Source of the DNA: Octopus vulgaris | Lineage: Eukaryota | Direction of reading: 5' to 3' | Assembly (NCBI GenBank): GCA_951406725.2 | Contig: OX597816.1 | Location: 91,264,001 to 91,328,000, forward strand | Length of the DNA stretch: 64,000 nt | In this document: in pieces, positions 14,605 through 26,530 of the stretch | Layout of the letters: the number at the start of each line of letters is the position of its first letter | Numbering within the stretch: the first letter of the stretch is position 1 | Notes under the pieces: model-generated | The model's database searches: none | What the model was told of the DNA's origin: nothing | What the model saw: only the letters and a program-made list of their open reading frames with translations | Position numbers and translations under genes: made by a program

Positions 14605-14722
14605 ACATGTATTTATCGCGCAACTAGTAGTTTCCAGCATATGCGCACGTTCATCAGTCGTCAGTCACCTGATGAACTTACGCATATACGGGAAACTATT
14701 AATAGCGCGGTATGTACGTGTA
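14605..14722. repeat. Inverted repeat whose arms each carry a CTGATGA...GAAA hammerhead-like core
   Basis: Plus strand: ctgatgaacttacgcatatacgggaaactattaatagcgcg. Minus strand: ctgatgaacgtgcgcatatgctggaaactactagttgcgcg. Confidence 0.6.
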
Positions 14723-14799
14723 GTTCTAACGTTTTGTGATATTGAACTCTCATTGGATAGAGTACTCTTCGTATTGACTTTTGCGCAGTTAATTTCTTA

Positions 14800-14980
14800 C
14801 ACACACAAATATATATACGACGGGATTCTTTCAGTTTCCGTCTATCAAATTCACTTACAAGATTTTGGTCGGCCAGAGGCTGTAGTAAAAGACACTTGCC
14901 CAAGGTACCACGCAGTGGGACTGAACCCGGAATCATGTGGTTGGTAAGTAAGCTACTTACCACACACCCACGCCTGCGCC
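14800..14980 (-). mobile_element. SINE family A, 5' half
   Basis: Reverse complement of ggcgcaggcgtgggtgtgtggtaagtagcttacttaccaaccacatgattccgggttcagtcccactgcgtggtaccttgggcaagtgtctt. Confidence 0.85.
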
Positions 14981-16377
14981 TATATATACAAACATATATA
15001 TTTATATATATAATGGTAAATAATATATATATGTGTGTGTACACACACACACATGCATATATTGGTATAAGACATAATAATTCGTAATCAAACGAGTTAA
15101 ATATACAAACAACGGAAAAAAGGAAAACAGTACAAGTAAACGCAGAGAAAAGACCCTTCATCATTTATCGGTTATCTTTCTACTCCTCATGTTGAGCATT
15201 CAACGATAGTATGTGTCTACAAAGACAGTTGCTCCAATAAATTCTAAAATAGGATTTATGGAGAGTCAAAGTTGGGAACAAAAATGTGACAGTGGAGACA
15301 TACAAGGAAACCGAACGAAAACAAGCATGGAGGGTCGTTAGACCAGAACGAGAGGTAAATAATGAACGCTGTGAGAAACATTTTTTTTTTCTTTGAAAAG
15401 GAGAAAAGACAGAAGAGAGAGAGACATACATACATTATTTTATTAAAGCACCCCAAAAAAATCTAAACTGTTTCGCGTGATCGTTCGTCCAGAATAAATT
15501 TCATAAATTGTGAGCATATATAATATTTTGTAGATACCAGTTCAACAAATAAGCATTTAAATCTGGGTAACTAATTTTAAAAATAACGGTGCATAAACGG
15601 CTGCATGTGGGGTTTGATCGTAGCGGAGAAATAAGTATAAACGATAGTTGGTTGAATCGAAAAGTTTTGTGTAAAAATGAGTGAAAGAAAAAATACAGAA
15701 TCTAATAGGTTATGTCAAGAAATAGAAATTGCAAATGATTAAAAGGAATATAATTGCAGTCAAAAATTAAAGATTAATAGCTATAGTTGAGATTAAAATA
15801 TGTAAGCAAATAAAAATACACTAATGAAAGGAAAGGTCAAGAAAATAAAACGAAGGAAAGTAGAAAAGAAGACAGAAAGTAAAGAAATAAAGAGAACGTG
15901 GAAATAACTGTAACATAAATGTGATAAGGCAGAAGGAGTGGGTGAAGAATGGTACACGTACACAAATGAACTACAATGAAGCACACACACACTTGTAAAC
16001 TAAAATGACATGTATGCCCTCACATACCTGCACAAAAACACATACACATACACACACCAGTTCAAATAACCACAAAAAAGAAGAGCTCTCTTGACTTAAA
16101 TAACAGAATCCTTCCACTTTGTTAGTGACCAGCTAGAATTCTCTTCAGGAAAAAGTCTTAAATAAATCCTATGGAATGCATATACACACGCATAAGCACG
16201 CAATTACATGCATGCACAAAATCCACAGAAATATATATGCACACAATTGCATACATAGATACATATGCTTATAATTATATACATACATACATAACAACAA
16301 CGATGATGATGACGACGACGATGATAACAACGATGATGATGATTGATTCTCGGTCGATTCTAGTTGATCGTCTGGTT

Positions 16378-16633
16378 CAGTGGTTTTCAACCGGAGTCCA
16401 TATAAGATTTTATTGTTAAGATTTATCTGCAATAAATTAGTTATACTTCTACAATACACAAAATATTTTAAGTTTCTTGTACAATTTCAAATAATATTTC
16501 ATTATACAAATACAGCAGGATTTGTTTTATATATGTCGAATGGCTATGGAGGTCTAGTAGAATATGCTAGGAATCAAAGGAGTCTCTAGGCAAGAAATAA
16601 TTGAGAATCAGCAAAAATGGTTGAGAACGAGTA
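16378..16633. mobile_element. hAT-like MITE (decayed), followed by a second hAT left end at 16647
   Basis: cagtggttttcaacc ... ggttgagaacgagt. The TSD is not recognisable. A related caggggttctcaacc start at 16647 is truncated by the CR1 insertion. Confidence 0.5.
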
Positions 16634-16944
16634 GATTCAGTTAGACCAGGGGTTCTCAACCATTTTCTGTGTATGGACCCCTTTGATTACCATTTTATTC
16701 AGGTGAACCCCCATAGCCAGTCTATGTTTAAAAACTAGTTTAATAGAAACTTCTTTCAAAATACCTATTTACCCATTAATTTTTGTAGGTTGGACTATGT
16801 AAAATGTTTGAGAAAGAAACCTAGCTGTTTTTTGAAATACATACCAATACATACATACAAAGCAAAATCTCTTTCAGCGACACTTAAAATTCTACTGAGG
16901 ATTAGCAATTCTAATGGGTTACTCTATAAATCTGATGGGTTACT

Positions 16945-17445
16945 CTATACCTTATCTCCTCAAAGACATACAGCATCTCGAAAGAGTCCAGAAGCTGGCT
17001 ACCCGCATGGTTTTTGGTCTCAAGCATTTGTCTTATGAAGAAAGGCTGAAGACGCTCGACCTTTATTCTCTAGAAAAACGACAACGCCGTGGAGATCTCA
17101 TTCTTGCTCACAACATTATAAGCGGAAAGTGTAACCTCTCGAAAGAGTTGTTCTTCACTCCTGCTCCAGAGCGTCGGCTGCGGGGTCATTCCGAAAAGCT
17201 CTATCTGCGACGATTTCATTTCAATCGAAGGAGAGGGGCTTTCTCCGTCTGGGTTGCGGATCCGTGGAATAAGCTGCCAGACGAGATGGTGAAGATGCCG
17301 ACGACCGCTCGGTTCAAAGTCTCTCTTGACCAGAAATGGCCTGAACTCTTTACATGAACACCACCCTGTACATAACTCCATGTGCCCCTACATGGCCTTG
17401 CGTTTTGCTTTTTGAGCCAAAAAATTAACTAACTAACTAACTAAC
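16945..17445 (+). mobile_element. CR1 LINE, 5'-truncated young copy (ORF2 C-terminus)
   Basis: ORF 16914-17357 reads KDIQHLERVQKLATRMVFGLKHLSYEERLKTLDLYSLEKRQRRGDLI...PWNKLP, the canonical CR1 C-terminus. (taac)n tail. Confidence 0.92.
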
Positions 17446-17736
17446 TTTTGTAGAGTACAAATATATAATTCTTAAGCAAGAATGTTGCTGATAGTGACTT
17501 CGAAGTTTTGACCAGCTTAGCCATCGTCGAACTGCGATGCATTAGAGTTAGTCTTGCCGTTATATAGTCTCTGCCGAGTTAAAAATCATCTTTGGGTGTT
17601 TGGTTTGAGTGGGGTGGTTGTTTTCAAGGTTGGTTTTATAGAAAGGTGTTTTGGGAAAATATATATATGTATATATACATATATATGCGCAGGTATGACT
17701 GTGTGTTAAGCGATGGGAGGGGGAAACAGACACACA

Positions 17737-17782
<46 letters not shown>

Positions 17783-17783
<1 letters not shown>

Positions 17784-18276
17784 TAGCAGTATCGCCCGGC
17801 GTTGCTCGGGTTTGTAAGGGAAATAACTATATAAGCATTTTTAGAGATGCCAATTCGGGCTTTCTTAGCCATTTCTGTTTTGGTGTCTTCAAGCCATGAA
17901 GTCGTTGTTCTAAAAGAACGCTGGTCTCCTTGACAACGCTTTACGACGTTGATTTCCTTACACTCCCTTCCCCACAGCTTCACGAGGGAGGGAAGAAGGG
18001 GGAGAAGCAAACAGGTGCAGGTGTGACCATGGACGCCAACTCCGCCGCCATCGACACACGAAAAATTATGCATTAAAATGGAATAAAAAATGATGTTAAA
18101 TTATTTTTAAAATCGTAGACTCATCGTAGACGCGCGCTAATACTCAGACGGGCTCGATATGAATCACGACTATAAGATACCCGAATTTGGTTAAACTGCA
18201 CCGCAAAATGTGGGAGTAGTTAGGAATCTAAATCGAAGGGGACAGACACTCACAACTACAGTTTTATATATATAGA
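17783..18276 (-). mobile_element. Non-autonomous Helitron (~500 bp), copy 1 of tandem pair
   Basis: Minus strand starts 5'-TCTATATATATAAAA and ends with hairpin cccgagcaacgccggg then CTAG-3'. Confidence 0.9.
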
Positions 18277-18791
18277 CTAGCAGTATCGCCCGGCGTTGCT
18301 CGAGTTTGTAAGGGAAATAACTATATAAGCATTTTTAGAGAGTTACTTCCTTTATAGATGCCAATTCGGGCTTTCTTAGCCATTTCTGTTTTGGTGTCTT
18401 CAAGCCATGAAGTCGTTGTTCTAAAAGAACGCTGGTCTCCTTGACAACGCATTACGACGTTGATTTCCTTAAACTCCCTTCCCCACAGCTTCACGAGGGA
18501 GAGAAGAAGGGGGAGAAGCAAACACAGGTGCAGGTGTGACCATGGACGCCAACTCCTCCGCCATCGACACACGAAAAATTATGCATTAAAATGGAATAAA
18601 AAATTATGTTAAAATATTTTTAAAATCGTAGACCCATCGTAGACGCGCGCTAATACTCAGACGGGCTCGATATTAATCACGACTATAAGATACCCGGTTT
18701 TGGTTAAACTGCACCGCAAAATGTGGGAGGAGTTAGGAATCTAAATCGTAGGAGACAGACACTCACACAACTACAGTTTTATATATATAGA
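18277..18791 (-). mobile_element. Non-autonomous Helitron, copy 2 of tandem pair
   Basis: Same TC...hairpin-CTAG structure. Joined to copy 1 with no intervening base. Confidence 0.9.
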
Positions 18792-18932
18792 TATACGACA
18801 GGCTTCTTTCAGTTTCCGTCTACCAAATTCACAGAGAAGGCTTCGGTCGGCCCGAAGCTATAGTAGAATACACTTGCCCAAGGTGCCACGCAGTGGGACT
18901 GAACCTGGAACCATGAGGCTGGTAAGTAAGCT
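18792..18932 (-). mobile_element. SINE family A 5' part, split from its distal part (about 17700-17740) by the Helitron pair
   Basis: tatacgacaggcttctttcagtttccgtctacc...ttgcccaaggtgccacgcagtgggactgaacc. The continuation aagcgatgggagggggaaacagacacacaaac lies on the other side of the Helitrons. Confidence 0.8.
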
Positions 18933-18937
18933 ATATA

Positions 18938-18987
<50 letters not shown>

Positions 18988-19479
18988 TATGTGCATCCAT
19001 ACATACAAAATACACACATGCTTTCATCCACCCATCCGTACGAACGTCTGTAAATCCAGCCACACATACATACACACATACATACATACATACATACATA
19101 CATACATACATACATACATACATACATACATACATACATACATACATACATACATACATACATACATACGTACGTACATACACAACAATAAAGTAACATA
19201 ATACCGGCAAGTGTGCTACTGGGAGTTGGTATAGCCCTAACAAAGTACACTCACTCTTCCCTGATATGTCACAAGGGTCTTAGCACACGGGGAACACCCC
19301 TTTAAGCAAGCAACACTATATAATGTGTATATGCGTGCGTCTGAATGTATTCATGCATGTGTGCGCGTGCGAGCGACCGTGTATGTGTGCATGCGTGCGG
19401 TGAGTGTTGTGAGTGAGTGTGCCCAAACAATGCAAGCAATAATAAAAGAACGTTAAGCCAGCGATGATAGACGGAAAAC

Positions 19480-19593
19480 GGCAGCAGCACCAGCGACAGC
19501 AGCAGTAGCAGCAACAGCAGCAGCAGTAACAGCAGTAGCAGCCACAACAGTAGCAGCAACAACAACAGCAGCAGCATTAGCAGCGGCAGCAGC
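19480..19593. repeat. Imperfect (CAG/CAA/TAG)n trinucleotide tract
   Basis: Seen directly. It contains TAG and TAA in the polyQ frame, so it is not an open polyQ exon. Confidence 0.85.
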
Positions 19594-19620
19594 TAAAGAA
19601 ATAGAAACACTAGTTTGACG

Positions 19621-19675
19621 TGGTAGATTTTTGCACTGTGGATTCCCTTTAAGTAGCCAGTGTGTGAGTCTGTTA
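19621..19675 (+). ncRNA. Candidate pre-miRNA hairpin
   Basis: 55-nt fold in which tggtagatttttgcactg pairs 17/18 with cagtgtgtgagtctgtta, with many G-U pairs. Located in non-repeat sequence. Confidence 0.4.
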
Positions 19676-20899
19676 TAACCTTATACAAAACTATGATATG
19701 TTTGAGAGCAGAGTGCCATTAAAATGTTTACTTGGTTTTTTTTTGTTTTCTGATTCGTTTCGTTATAGTTTCTTCTTTCTCGCCGTCGTTACTGCTAAGG
19801 CTGGAAGGAGTTTCAAACTTACAAAGGGAAAACGTAAACGAGAACTGGAGGGAAAGTGAGAGTGAGAGTTAAACTTATTTTATTCTAAAACCTGACGAAA
19901 CCTAGAGGCTATGATGTCTCTCTAACCTTGAAAAGAATACTGAAGAAGCAGGTAAAAATAAAAAGATCCCTGGTGGTAATTATATCACCATTACCATCAT
20001 CATTATTATTCTTATTATTATTAGTATTATTATTATCGTCATCATCATTATTTTCGTCGTCGTCGTTGTCGTTGTAGTCGTTCTAAAAACATCATTAACA
20101 AATGGTTGAATTGGAAAATATATCATGTGTTTCATGAAACTAGAAGCATAAATACAGCTAGTTCTAAAGTACATGTATACTAAAAAAATAAAATAAAAAA
20201 TTAATAAACAAAAAGTAAACAAAAAAAGGGGGATATCATCTTCAAACAAGGTAGGAGGTCAAGAACACCAATTCCCTGTAAAATGATGAAGAAAATACTA
20301 TGGAAGGCAAATTTCGGTGTTGTTATTTTTATAGGCAGTTTCGCTAAGAAGTATTCCCGAAGTAGAAGTATAGGATGGCTTGGTAAAGGACAAGAGTTCA
20401 CGTGTAATGATATTTCAAAGTTTGTGGTGGGATTTGAAGAGCTTCAGCCAACATCACCCACACAATCTCTCCCAATCTCATTCTCTCTCTCTCTCTCTCT
20501 CTTCCTCTATATCTCTCTCCCTCCTCCCCCCTCTCTCTCTCTCTTCCTCTATATCTCTCTTCCTCTATATCTCTATCCCTCCTCCCCCTCTCTCTCTCTC
20601 GAACGAGCGAAAGAACGAACGAGGAAGGCTCTATATGGACAATATATGTAGCCCTAGATACACAAATATACAGGATAGTCGCGGCTGGAACGCGATCACC
20701 AATCTGCTCAATCAGGATGAGTTAGATACTGAACATCAACAGTATACTCCGCCCCTCACTCTCTCTCTCTCTCCATCTCTTTCTGTGACACTCACAGACA
20801 TACTTTCATATGCACGTTTATATTAAATGCGCGAAGACCTTCGTTAAAATCAGTCACCCTAGCTTGGATTAATGAGTCTCTAAAGAAGATTTAAATTGA

Positions 20900-21140
20900 T
20901 GGAGATGATTCGGGAAGACCACTGATGATTCTTCAAATTTTCAGAAAGATTTGGAATAGATTGTTCTTCGATGTAAAAAAAACAAAAGGCTTGGTTGTTT
21001 GCTTGCTAAATTGCTGCTATATCCACAAAGGTCGACCGGCTACGATGGTCAGGATATGCAATTAGAATGAAAGAATTGATACTTTCTTGACAAATCGTCT
21101 TCACTGAATTAACACCCCGGGGTAAGACGGCAAGGATACT
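20900..21140 (+). mobile_element. RTE LINE 3' remnant
   Basis: cggctacgatggtcaggatatgcaattagaatg translates as RLRWSGYAIRM (RLRWxGHxxRM motif), followed by QIVFTEL. Confidence 0.6.
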
Positions 21141-21418
21141 CTCTCTGCCATCTAAATTTTTTTTTTAAATGCAGCTAAAGCCAACCTGCTGAGTGGGTAA
21201 ACCGAAGTCTAGGACCGCTCTAACTGAGGTCACTCTGTGACCAACGGAACTAACACTTGAAACCAAAGAAAAAGAAGAATAGAAGAACCGATGATTTGTA
21301 TATTTTTTCTTAAAACGTTCCGGCAGATTCAAACACAAATATGTTAGTTGCAACTAAGTACATTACAGAAAAATAATTTCTCTCTTTTACGACGACCTCG
21401 GCTCATTGATACAAAGGA

Positions 21419-21461
21419 TTCTGAGACACCGCTGTTTCGACATGTATCTCATCAGCCAGAA
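21419..21461 (-). ncRNA. Type I hammerhead ribozyme motif
   Basis: Minus strand: ttctgg-CTGATGA-gat(acat)gtc-GAAA-ca(gcgg)tg-TC-tcagaa. All core nucleotides, three stems and a GUC cleavage triplet are present. Confidence 0.75.
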
Positions 21462-22540
21462 GTGTTCGGACGTGTCAGCTTAAACAAGCCACTGGCTTGG
21501 TTTATAATTTCAGCGAACAAACTGTTTTTTCTGATCAGTGCTGATATCTGCAAGCGATAAAAAAAGATCGTTATTTACACTGTGCACAGCGAGATGTGAA
21601 ACAATGATTTTCATATTTATTCTAAGTTGCTGTTATGTACATTACAAACAATAACTTCTCCATTTTACAACAACGTATTAAATAGAAAAACAGTAAAACA
21701 GAAAAGAAAAACAAACGCATACGGAAAACACACAAGATAATACAACAGCAACCACAACCTCTTTTAAATCTTTATTGTAAATTGTATTCTCACTTATTTT
21801 GCGGTTAGGATTGGCCTCCCAGTCACGGGGCATGAAATACAGTCCCCACCGACGATAACGAGCAATAACAGAGTTATCTCCTATTATCTCCCTGTATAGT
21901 AGTGAGGAAAAAAGTTGTTTTGTGTTACTTGTGTCCAGCTTAAAAGTGTCTTGACTTTAATCTACTTACCAGAACTAGAAAGATAGTCTGAGGTTATTAA
22001 GGGGAAAGATGAATTAGTTCTAGGAATGAGGCTAGGAAGATATGAATATAAAATGTATATAAAATATATTTTAGGATATTGAGCTGTTGAGAATCCAGAA
22101 AATTCAATATGATATTTGGGATCATAACTATTCGTGTCATATCTAAAATTAATATTTCCTATCATATGTGTGCGCGTGTTTGCGAGCGCGTATTTATATG
22201 TATGTGTGAATGTGTGTGTGAGAGAGTGTGTGTGTATGTGTCTGTGCGTGCGTGTGTGTAAGTGTATGTGTGTGTCTACGTGTGTTTATTAAAACTGAAG
22301 CTGAGAGCTTGTCTTGCGATTCAAGTTTCTCGCTACTGCTATCTTCAGGCGAAATGACCGCAGTGGTGTGAAACTCAAATCGCGGGACAAATTCTCAGCT
22401 TCAGTATTAATTGAAAAAAACCCAGATCCTCTACAACATGTATTGAGCACTCCTTTCTCAACATATATATTCTCAGCATATATATTAAGCAATATATATG
22501 TATTTATATATATATATAAGGATAGATAGATAGATAGATG

Positions 22541-22617
<77 letters not shown>

Positions 22618-22700
22618 ATTGCTAGATAGATATCTGCATGCGTGTGTTTATGTTCTTGTATACGTATGTGTACACAAGCACACAGGCACACATATACACA

Positions 22701-22777
<77 letters not shown>

Positions 22778-22953
22778 ACACACATGATTTCAGTTAGGTT
22801 ATTTATCTCGTATTGCATGAACCCAATACTCTCTGAAAATGTGTGTAGACGATTAAATAGTTCTAAGTATATTTTATGACGCAGGACTATTTATCCAACT
22901 TCTTTTCACTGTTCAAGGTTTAAACACTGAAATGTTAGGTTTACGGGAGCACG

Positions 22954-23031
<78 letters not shown>

Positions 23032-23506
23032 ATGTCTATCTGCTTTTGGATCTAGCTTAACCACGCGACAAATAGTTACTACTAACATAAGTAGGGAACT
23101 TTAAATTAAGTACTGAGCTCGATATGATTGACCAAATCCCTTAAAGATGGTGTTCCCGCTTGACTGTACTTCAAGGATGAAAGAACCTAAAGACAAATGA
23201 TGCCGAGAAGTTCTGGTGTAGACTGCTACCTAAGTGACATATTGTTCTTATATTTTCACTGGTTTCAGTCATTGGCGTGCAGCTATGCTGTGGTTCCGCC
23301 TACTGTGGTTTAAGACGAATAATTATATTAACTCTAGTTCTTAATCTGGCAATTTTCTATAAGATCTCTGATTATAGAATGGCTCTACCTGGTTTTATTT
23401 GTAGAAGGAACGAAACGCACTACTGAAATACTTACAAGATAGTTTTGTTCAGTATATCAATGGCACACACACAAACACACACACACTCAGAATATATATA
23501 TATATA

Positions 23507-23626
23507 TAAAGGCGGTGCTCCAGCATGGCCGCGGTCAAATGAGTGAAACAAATAAAAGAGTAACTGGAAAAAATAAATGTGTTAGTGGAAAATAAACGAA
23601 CAAAAAGCTAACGAATTCATCTCACA

Positions 23627-23692
<66 letters not shown>

Positions 23693-23813
23693 TGTGAGAT
23701 GAATTCGTTAGTTTTTTGTTCCGTTTATTTTCCACTAACACATTTATTTTTTCCAGTTACTCTTTTATTTGTTTCACTCATTTGACCGCGGCCATGCTGG
23801 AGCACCGCCTTTA
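23507..23813. repeat. ~124-bp-arm inverted duplication centred on (TA)29
   Basis: 23507-23630 is the near-exact reverse complement of 23689-23813. Confidence 0.95.
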
Positions 23814-23952
23814 GTCGAACAAATCGACCCCAGGACTTATTCTTTGTAAGCCTAGTGCTTATTCTATCTGTCTCTTTTGCCGAACCGCTAAGTTACGGGG
23901 ACGTAAACACACCAGCATCGATTGTCAAGCGATGCTGGGGAGACAAACAGAG

Positions 23953-24024
<72 letters not shown>

Positions 24025-24195
24025 GACGGGCTTCTTTCAGTTTCCGTCTACCAAATCCACTCACAAGGCTTTGATCGGCCTGAGGCTATAGTAAAAGACA
24101 CTTGCTCCAGATGCCACGCAGTGGGACTAAACCCAGAACCATGTGGTTGGTAAGCAAGCTACTTACCACAAGCTACTTACAACACAGTCACTCCA
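23758..24195 (-). mobile_element. SINE family A, essentially full length
   Basis: Reverse complement of the full consensus, including the internal (TA)n/(TG)n and the tail gaaacaaataaaagag. Confidence 0.9.
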
Positions 24196-26017
24196 GCAGT
24201 TGTTATTTATTTATTTATTTATTTATTAATATATTTCAAAACATTTCAGAAGCAATAAACAAAAGTTGTAGAGAAAGAAGTGAGCTACAGAAGAGTTTTC
24301 GTATTAATTCAGAAAACATTGGAAAGAAACGAATTTATACGACAGCCCAAAACGCACGCACGCACACGACGGATCTCCGCACAACTTTCGCGTCTACACA
24401 ACTCACAGGGCATTGGTGAACACTAGAGATATAGCAGAAGATGCTTGTCTAACGTGATTGGGAAGAGAAATTTTTAACCATGCGGCCATATCTGAACCCA
24501 CTAAACCAAACGGCCATTTTGTTAAAACTGTTTTTATTTTCTTTCATTTCTTTAATAATTTAATTGGAAAATGTTTGCATTTAATTTTATTCTTTCTAAT
24601 GAAACAGTCATTCTTTCATCTCCTTCAACTTCGTTTGTATAATAAAGCCAATTTTTTTGACATATTAGATTCCAAGGAAAGAAAAACTTTGCTGCTGTTA
24701 AATATGAAGAATATAAACAAGAGAGTAGAGCTAAAGAGATGTAAGTTTTGATCATCGTTCACAGACAGGCTCAGCAGGAATTGGACTAATACGCCTACTC
24801 AAACACGACTGGAGCCACTGTGAATGTTTCCTGTAGACGAGTTGAAAATATTTTAGAAACAGATTTTCAAATTCAGTTGTTGATTTAAGATTTTTATATT
24901 TGTGTAAATCCTTTTTGACTTATTTTGTATAAGGTCTCTGGTTTCTTTTTTGTACTGAGTTTGAAGGGTGTATGCAAAAATATTCAGAAGTAGTAATATG
25001 CGTGTGTTTGTGAGTGTGTGTGTGATGTAAACATATATATGTGTATATGTATATATGTGTGTGTATGTATATTTGTATGTAGATGTAAATATATTTATGT
25101 ATGTGTATGTGTGTATATACATGTATATATATGTATTTATGTATATAAATGTCACATTGATATCAAAATATATTATACACATCTTGCATATGTAGTATAT
25201 TGGTGGTATTTGTTTTAACGATGAAAGGCAAAGTCAATTAAGATTTGACCTTAGAAAATAAATGGACTGGACCCGCCATTTACGAAGTGAGTTTTATTTT
25301 GTAAAAAAAAAATGTTCACCATTTTCAAAATAACATGTACGCTTTCTCTAATTGCTGTAGATGCTTATATAATCGTGAGCAGACATAAACACTGTCTTGC
25401 TTTTCTCACCCTTGACACAATGGATCTTGAAGGATGTGACAGCTGGAGGCTGAGTCACCATTCGGTTGCTGCTCAGTTCAACTGGCTAGGCTAAAGCAAC
25501 ATGAAATAAAGGGCTTTGCTTAAAGACAAAGTGCGCTGCCGTGCTCAGGAACTGAATCTATGATCTTGTGGTTGTGAGGCCTACAGCCTAATCATTAGAC
25601 TACGCATCTTCACGTTTCCTTCAACGTTTTATTAAAATTAGTCTTGCTGGGATTGTCCGTAAAATACAGATATGGATTGCATAAATTGGGGGAAAATCAT
25701 ACAAGGATTCCGCGACAAAATAAATCTGAGAGCCGCTGGACCAGACTAAATAATTTGCGGCACAGGAACAAGACGATACATTTTGAGGAGGGTACAGTTA
25801 GTTATATGTACCTGATAGTTGACAGATATTTCTATCGAGCCTCTAAAGGAAGAAAGGTAACGTTGATCTCAACGGAATTTGAACTCAGAATGTAAAAGAT
25901 TGTATCTAACCACCAAAGGCAATTTGTCCTGTAGTTCTTCCAATTCACCTCCCTAGACTACTTATGGCTAGGTACTTATTTTAGTGCAATATTGATTCTC
26001 TCAATTTCCTAACGTTA

Positions 26018-26530
26018 TCTATATATATAAAACTGTAGTTGTGTGAGTATCTGTCCCTTTCGATTTAGATTCCTAACTACTCCCACATTTTGCGGTGCAG
26101 TTTAACCAAATTCAGGTATCTTATAGTCGTGATTCATATCGAGCCCGTCTGAGTATTAGCGCGCATCTACGATGAGTCTACGATTTTAAAAATAATTTAA
26201 CATCATTTTTTATTCCATTTTAATGCATAATTTTTCGTGTGTCGATGGCGTCGGAGTTGGCGTCCATGGTCACACCTGCACCTGTTTGCTTCTCCCCCTT
26301 CTTCCCTCCCTCGTGAAGCTGTGGGGAAGGGAGTGTAAGGAAATCAACGTCGTAAAGCGTTATCAAGGAGACCAGCGTTCTTTTAGAACAACGACTTCAT
26401 GGCTTGAAGACACCAAAACAGAAATGGCTAAGACAGCCCGAATTGGCATCTATAAGGGAAGTAACTCTCTAAAAATGCTTATATAGTTATTTCCCTTACA
26501 AATCCGAGCAACGCCGGGCGATACTGCTAG
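26018..26530 (+). mobile_element. Non-autonomous Helitron, full length
   Basis: A|TCTATATATATAAAA ... ccgagcaacgccggg-cgatactgCTAG|T. Inserted between A and T with no TSD. Same family as 17783. Confidence 0.93.

Noticed and set aside
17783-18073. Recurrent ORF MHNFSCVDG...LVKLWGRECKE (also at 18321, 26223 and 63760)
   Set aside because: It recurs only because it lies inside the non-autonomous Helitron. Frames differ between copies and there are no recognisable motifs.
19302-19593. PolyQ or polyL coding exon
   Set aside because: In-frame TAG/TAA occur in the Q frame, and the polyL ORF is simply the antisense of the repeat.
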